In this document: positions 18,025-22,673 of the stretch, piece after piece
How positions within the stretch are numbered: position 1 is the first letter of the stretch
Layout: each line of letters starts with the position of its first letter
NCBI GenBank assembly: GCA_037441285.1
Contig: JBBISL010000007.1
Coordinates: 65,926 to 88,598, forward strand
Direction: 5' to 3'
Source: a candidate division WOR-3 bacterium
GTDB taxonomy: Bacteria > Hydrothermota > Tepidihabitantia > Tepidihabitantales > Tepidihabitantaceae
DNA: 22,673 bases
Notes under the pieces: generated by a model
Seen by the model: only the letters and a program-made list of their open reading frames with translations
What the model was told of the DNA's origin: nothing
Databases searched by the model: none
Made by a program: the position numbers and the translations under genes

Positions 18025-18534
18025 ATGAAAAGGTTAATTGTTGTCATCAGCGCGTTGCTTTTTATTGTCTGTGGTGGACAGAAGCCGGCAAAAACTGAGG
18101 CACCGGCAACGGTCCCGGACACACTGAATTTGAAAACAGCCGAAACGGTCAAGCCGGAGTCAACGGCATCCACAGTTGCATCAGGACCGACACCGGCAAC
18201 GCCGGCAGAAAATGTCAAGCCGGAAAAGGTGGCGGAAAAGAGTGAAAAGCCGGCAGAACTGCCCAAACTGTGGGACTTTTTTGCCACCTGGTGTCCGCCC
18301 TGCAAAAAGCAGGCACCGATTGTGGAGGAAATTGCCCGGGAATTTGAAGGCGTGGTTGAGGTGCGTTCCATTGACACCGACAAAGAGCAGGAACTGGCAC
18401 GCAAGTTTGACATTCAGGCGATTCCGACGCTGGTGTTTTTGGACCCGTCAGGCAAGGAACTTTCCCGTAATGTCGGCTTGATGAGCAAGGACTCAATCAT
18501 CGCCCGGTTCAAGGCGCACGGGTTTATCCAATAA
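18025..18534 (+). CDS. Thioredoxin-domain lipoprotein
   Basis: AAGGAG RBS, lipobox-like FIV-C, a Pro/Ala/Thr/Glu/Lys-rich linker, DFFATWCPPCK and FDIQAIPTLVF. Confidence 0.9.
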   Translation: MKRLIVVISALLFIVCGGQKPAKTEAPATVPDTLNLKTAETVKPESTASTVASGPTPATPAENVKPEKVAEKSEKPAELPKLWDFFATWCPPCKKQAPIVEEIAREFEGVVEVRSIDTDKEQELARKFDIQAIPTLVFLDPSGKELSRNVGLMSKDSIIARFKAHGFIQ

Positions 18535-18574
18535 GGGTAGAAGAAAGTACTATTTTACTTCCTATTCAAGTCTC

Positions 18575-18594
18575 AAGGCGGGGTTGCCCGTTTT
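18575..18594 (+). terminator. Possible weak terminator after the thioredoxin gene
   Basis: AAGGCGGG-GTTG-CCCGTTTT hairpin relying on G-U pairs. Confidence 0.35.
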
Positions 18595-18787
18595 ATCAAT
18601 ATAGCCAAGCCCGTTACATGAAAGAAAAAGGAATTAGTATAAGGGGCTTTTTCACTCCTCACCATACGAGACATAAGTTCTTGCCGGACCTTTAAATAAC
18701 CAATAATACGCCTGATTATATCCACAACAACCAACCCAGCAAGAGAATGCAGCATAGTTAAGGAGCTATGATGGCTTGATAAAAAAG

Positions 18788-18815
18788 TTGACAGCCAGGA
18801 ATACGGGTTAATAAT
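18788..18815 (+). promoter_or_regulatory. Probable promoter for the restriction-modification operon
   Basis: TTGACA-16 nt-AATAAT, with a second TATAAT at 18822-18827. Confidence 0.55.
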
Positions 18816-18981
18816 GTGTTATATAATTATGTGGGAAGATTCACTAACCCAAAGGTTTGTGTTATGAATACTCACCCAAATCGTTTGGGAACTTCTTTCA
18901 TTTTGGAAAGGTTAAACGGGATAGGTTGCTTACAGGAACGAAAGAGCAAGAGAGCAAAATGTCATTGATAGATTTAATACG

Positions 18982-20202
18982 ATGCTTGAGGTAAGTAAGA
19001 AGGCTGCGCTTAAATTTGGCATAGATACAAAACTTATTGAAGAGAAAGCGAATACTCGCAAGAATATTGAAATTTTGGGTAACGATTTAACTTTTTTAAG
19101 TGTTAGGGAATCGGAGCGAACAAAGCATGTTCATCGTTTACATCCCTATCTTGGCAAATTTATTCCGCAGTTAGTAGAAGTATTTCTGAAAAAGTTTTTT
19201 AAAAAGGGCGATACTATTCTTGACCCTTTTTCGGGTTCAGGAACAACCCTCGTAGAGGCGAATGTCTTAGGGATGAACTCTGTTGGTATTGAGCTGTCTC
19301 CGTTCAATGTCTTGATTCAAGTAGTAAAGACGAAAAAATATAATCTGATAGAGGTAGAACATGAAATAAGGCATGCTTTAACCCGACTGAAAGATTTCAG
19401 TTCCAAGATACAGGCGCGCGAGGGCTCTCTCTTTGAAAAAGAGGTAAAAAGGCTGGAAACTGATAGTGAATACCTAAAAGAGTGGTTTGGAGATAAGGCT
19501 TTACAGGAGATTTTGTTTTATAGAAGCATAATTAAAGATTATAAAAACCAGGATGTTTTAAAGATAATTCTTTCAAGGGCTGCTCGCTCAGCAAGGCTTA
19601 TTCCTCATTATGATTTGGCTCGTCCCAAGAAGCCAGTCCGAGAAACTTATTGGTGTATCAAACATAAGAGATTTTGCGAGCCGATAAATGAGGCGTTAAA
19701 GTTTATCAACCGATACAGCTGGGATACGATAAGACGATTAAAGGAGTTTGATAAACTGAGAACCGATGCTTTTATAAAAATCTTTCAAGGTGATGCCAGA
19801 ACCATTAAATTATCTGAAGATTTAAAGATTGATGGAATTTTTACTTCTCCTCCTTATGTTGGTGTTATCGACTATCACGAACAGCATAGATACGCCTATG
19901 AACTTTTTGATTTCCCAAGGCAGGATGAATTAGAAATAGGTCCTGCTACTAAAGGACAAAACGGAATTGCAAAAAAGGAATATGTTCAAGGAATAGTAGA
20001 GGTTTTTAGAAATGTCTCCCGGAACTTAGTTGATAGAGCACCAATTTTTATTGTTGCGAATGATAAATTCAATCTATACCCTGATATAGGAGCGCAATGT
20101 GGATTTGAATTACTTGATGTTTTTCACAGGCCAGTCCTTATGAGAACCGAGCGGGACGAGAATAAATATTTCGAATCGATATTCTATTTCATAAAAAAAT
20201 AA
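18982..20202 (+). CDS. Type II DNA methyltransferase, probably N4-cytosine, alpha motif order
   Basis: HRLHPYLGKFIPQLV, motif I LDPFSGSGTT near the N-terminus, and motif IV FTSPPY near residue 290. Confidence 0.92.
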   Translation: MLEVSKKAALKFGIDTKLIEEKANTRKNIEILGNDLTFLSVRESERTKHVHRLHPYLGKFIPQLVEVFLKKFFKKGDTILDPFSGSGTTLVEANVLGMNSVGIELSPFNVLIQVVKTKKYNLIEVEHEIRHALTRLKDFSSKIQAREGSLFEKEVKRLETDSEYLKEWFGDKALQEILFYRSIIKDYKNQDVLKIILSRAARSARLIPHYDLARPKKPVRETYWCIKHKRFCEPINEALKFINRYSWDTIRRLKEFDKLRTDAFIKIFQGDARTIKLSEDLKIDGIFTSPPYVGVIDYHEQHRYAYELFDFPRQDELEIGPATKGQNGIAKKEYVQGIVEVFRNVSRNLVDRAPIFIVANDKFNLYPDIGAQCGFELLDVFHRPVLMRTERDENKYFESIFYFIKK

Positions 20203-20204
20203 AA

Positions 20205-20987
20205 ATGGCTTTATCGTCTGAAACGAAAAGGGAGATTGCTAATCTTCTTATTATGACAGTGCGTGAGAAGTTAAGGGCCTATCAACCCGAGACGCTGCAT
20301 ATGCCATTTCATCATCGATTACTCGGCAAGGACAGATATGCGATGTTTTCTTTTATTCAGTCAATGAATACAACTTTTGGGATGTCAATCTGGGAGCAGG
20401 TTGCGGTAATTCTGGCAAGGAGTGCGGGTAATTATGCCGAGAGGCAGTATAAATTACTCGGGGAAATAGATTCTGAGACAGACAAGTTGATAAACGAAAT
20501 TCATTACCAGTTGAGAAAAGGTGAAATCGTTGCGAATAAGACAGGCGAGGTTGAACAAATTAGAAAGAAGATAAAGAAGGGTAAGGCAAAAGTTCATCCA
20601 GATTCAACAGTAGATTTGTTTGAGAGGATTAACAATCAGGAAAATTATTTTGATATTACCAGTGCGAAGCCGAATATGAAAGAATTCGTCGCTTTGAAAC
20701 TTAAACTTCTCAGATGGATTGGACTGAGGTTAAGCCAGGATAAAAATATCCAAGTTTTTACGAGACTGGCGATTCCGTATAACCCTTATCATCCTGAACC
20801 TTATGAAAGGTGGACATTGCAAGGATTATATGACTTAAAAGCAGGAGAAATTTTAGTGGGAGAAGAGTTCTGGAATTTTGTTGCGACTGATGATGTCTAT
20901 GAAGATTTATTGGATGTTTTTCAAAAAGTGGGGGAGGAATTGAGGGGGGAGATAGATGAAAAGTTTAAGGAGTTTAGAGACAGGTGA
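20205..20987 (+). CDS. Type II restriction endonuclease, TdeIII/MjaII-like
   Basis: Starts 2 nt after the methyltransferase stop. Motifs MPFHHRLLG, FSFIQSMNTTFGMSIWEQVA, AKPN, AIPYNPY and LVGEEFWNF resemble the RE_TdeIII family (recognised from memory, not searched). Confidence 0.82.
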   Translation: MALSSETKREIANLLIMTVREKLRAYQPETLHMPFHHRLLGKDRYAMFSFIQSMNTTFGMSIWEQVAVILARSAGNYAERQYKLLGEIDSETDKLINEIHYQLRKGEIVANKTGEVEQIRKKIKKGKAKVHPDSTVDLFERINNQENYFDITSAKPNMKEFVALKLKLLRWIGLRLSQDKNIQVFTRLAIPYNPYHPEPYERWTLQGLYDLKAGEILVGEEFWNFVATDDVYEDLLDVFQKVGEELRGEIDEKFKEFRDR

Positions 20988-21200
20988 TAATTTTCCGCAC
21001 TCGGCGTAGGTACCGGCTTATTTACAAATAAGACATTTTTATTATGGATTCGTTTGCTTTGATAAAAACGGAGGCATCTTTTTAACAAGAACCGAAGATA
21101 AAGTTGAAAAGTAGTTTCGGTTTTGCGAAACAGCAAAAGATATAACACATTCACCGCGGGGGAAACCTTACAAATAGGATATTTTAGAGACACAAAACTA

Positions 21201-21228
21201 TTGACAAAATTATTTTTTGCATTATAAT
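21201..21228 (+). promoter_or_regulatory. Consensus sigma70-type promoter for the 21313 gene
   Basis: TTGACA-16 nt-TATAAT, with both hexamers perfect. Confidence 0.85.
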
Positions 21229-21312
21229 TAAACTGGACGCTGAGCGCGATGAGTGCTGAACTTAACGGCTATCCTAAAAGGGTTCCCCTAAAAAGAAGGG
21301 AAGGAGGCGAAA

Positions 21313-22673
21313 ATGGTAAGTAGGTCGTTGTGTTTTTTCGTCGGTTTAGTCGCTTTGGGTTGCATTTCTTTTGGTACCCCGGTCTCACTGCTATCCTCCA
21401 CCCCAAGCCAAATCAATTCTGTTTCGGCAAAATATTCCGAGAGTTTTTACCTAAACAACAACCGCTATGTCACGAGAATTTATGCCCAACCTGTTGACCA
21501 GCATCGTAATAGCGAAAGGCTGCCGGTTATGGCAGAATCGACCCGGCGCGCTTATCCCCAGAATGATATTTACTGGACCGGTAATGTGAGAACCAGAACC
21601 AACAATTATGAGAAAAATTCGGGGGATATTATTGCGACCAGTGAACCCCAAAGCGCCTCCCAGTGGTGGTATCAAGGGTGGTTGAAATTTGACCTGTCCA
21701 CAATTCCGGACGATGCGATTATTGACACGGTGAGTCTTAACTACTACTGCTATGAAGCGACAAATGGTCCCAGTACCTTTATCCGTCTGTTGCCTGGTGA
21801 CCCGGTGCCGCAAACACCCCAGACGCTCTGGAACTGGATAACAACCGGTACCGCAGTAACCTTCGCCCAGACGCATGGCACAGGCTGGATAACGCGCGTT
21901 CTGAACAGTACGGGACGAGCCGCGGTCGAGTCCTGTTTAGCCCAGAACTGGATTGCTCTTGGGGTACATGAATGGACCACTCGCACCGGAGCGAATTTAA
22001 AAGCGTACGGCATTGGTAGCGGACAGTACACACCTTACCTTGAAATCGCTTACAATCTGCCAGCGCGCACCGACATTTCGGCGGAAGAGGTACTGGAACC
22101 GGTGGGTGATATCCCATTGGGGACGATAATAGTACCGACCGGAAGGTGGCGCAATCGTCAACCCCATCCGGATGATTACTATGCCTGGTTTATCTTTATC
22201 AGTCCGGCAAATCAACGCTACACATTGCCCGGAAAGTTTGTTCAGGGGCAGCCGGGTCTGAGTGATACCATTCTGTTCTTTACCCCATTTGCTTTAAATG
22301 ACACCGGGCGCTGGACCGTTAAATGTTCCACCTATGCCGAGGGCGACATTGACCCGAATAACGATGTTATTCTGCGGTTCTTCCGGGTAATTTCCAGTGG
22401 TTCGGGAAATAACTTTGATGTAGCGGTTACCGAAATTTTTGCGCCGGTTGGTGTGTATGATACCAATGCAACGATTGTGCCCCGCGCCTCCTGGAAGAAT
22501 AACTCTGCCAATTCAGCGACATTCTATGCCTATGTTGGCTTGACCAATCCTGCCGGTATTAGAACATACACCAATTCGTGCATTGTTAGCAATCTGCCAG
22601 CAGGGGCTGATACCACAGTTGAATTTGTTCCGTACAATGTGGGTATGGATACGGGACGCTGGGCTGTGTGCTG
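21313..22673 (+). CDS. Large secreted protein with a DNRLRE/CBM96-like domain and CARDB-like Ig repeats; 3' end truncated by the window edge
   Basis: AAGGAGG RBS and ATG at 21313, with the frame open to the end of the window on manual translation. MVSRSLCFFVGLVALGC signal, WLKFDLSTIPDDAIIDTVSLNYY...PYLEIAY, and two repeats starting DISAEEVLEPVG and DVAVTEIFAPVG, each with DTGRW.V. Missing from the ORF track. Confidence 0.88.
   Translation, partial: MVSRSLCFFVGLVALGCISFGTPVSLLSSTPSQINSVSAKYSESFYLNNNRYVTRIYAQPVDQHRNSERLPVMAESTRRAYPQNDIYWTGNVRTRTNNYEKNSGDIIATSEPQSASQWWYQGWLKFDLSTIPDDAIIDTVSLNYYCYEATNGPSTFIRLLPGDPVPQTPQTLWNWITTGTAVTFAQTHGTGWITRVLNSTGRAAVESCLAQNWIALGVHEWTTRTGANLKAYGIGSGQYTPYLEIAYNLPARTDISAEEVLEPVGDIPLGTIIVPTGRWRNRQPHPDDYYAWFIFISPANQRYTLPGKFVQGQPGLSDTILFFTPFALNDTGRWTVKCSTYAEGDIDPNNDVILRFFRVISSGSGNNFDVAVTEIFAPVGVYDTNATIVPRASWKNNSANSATFYAYVGLTNPAGIRTYTNSCIVSNLPAGADTTVEFVPYNVGMDTGRWAVC

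Larger units (their letters stand above)
18535..21200. mobile_element. AT-rich accessory island carrying the restriction-modification pair, likely horizontally acquired
   Basis: Abrupt drop in GC and shift to AT-ending codons relative to both flanks. No integrase, transposase or clear target duplication seen, so the boundaries are approximate. Confidence 0.5.

Noticed and set aside
18573..18755. 60-aa minus-strand ORF as a controller protein
   Set aside because: No helix-turn-helix pattern and no RBS. It cannot be supported, although a degraded gene fragment is possible.
18864..18968. 34-codon ORF (MNTHPNRLGTSF...) upstream of the methyltransferase
   Set aside because: Short, with no SD and no similarity that I recognise.
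20995..21050. YRLIYK* peptide resembling a RelE/ParE toxin remnant
   Set aside because: The match is only six residues, followed by a stop, with no antitoxin nearby.
21235..21312. Leader of the 21313 gene as a fluoride or other riboswitch
   Set aside because: It has short hairpins but lacks the conserved core of any riboswitch I recognise.
21451..22215. Minus-strand ORFs near the right end
   Set aside because: They are antisense shadows of the plus-strand gene starting at 21313.
1..22673. CRISPR array, tRNA/rRNA genes, insertion sequence or retroelement
   Set aside because: No regularly spaced repeats, cloverleaf motifs, transposase, integrase or reverse transcriptase motifs were seen.

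Overview
Bacterial chromosomal window of roughly 50% GC by eye. The gene content (PorU/C25-like protease, FlgD-Ig/T9SS-type C-terminal domains, CARDB-like repeats, many lipoproteins) suggests an FCB-group organism, most like candidate division WOR-3; this is an inference. The left half is on the minus strand: two lipoproteins, a chromate transporter, a PorU-like C25 peptidase, a lipoprotein, a barrel+OmpA protein, then DUF2007-DUF2905-ppdK, with ppdK running off the left edge and missing from the ORF track. Next come galE-asd-M1 aminopeptidase (+), an Ig/beta-helix lipoprotein (-), a structured 460-bp intergenic region and a lipoprotein thioredoxin (+). An AT-rich island then carries a type II restriction-modification pair (SPPY methyltransferase plus TdeIII/MjaII-like nuclease). 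A large secreted protein runs off the right edge and is also missing from the ORF track. No rRNA, tRNA, CRISPR array or transposase was seen. The most notable patterns are seven sigma70-type promoters all with a 16-bp spacer, several near-leaderless genes, heavy D-S/T sequon enrichment in exported proteins, near absence of GATC, and a T9SS-like gene set in a probable non-Bacteroidota lineage.
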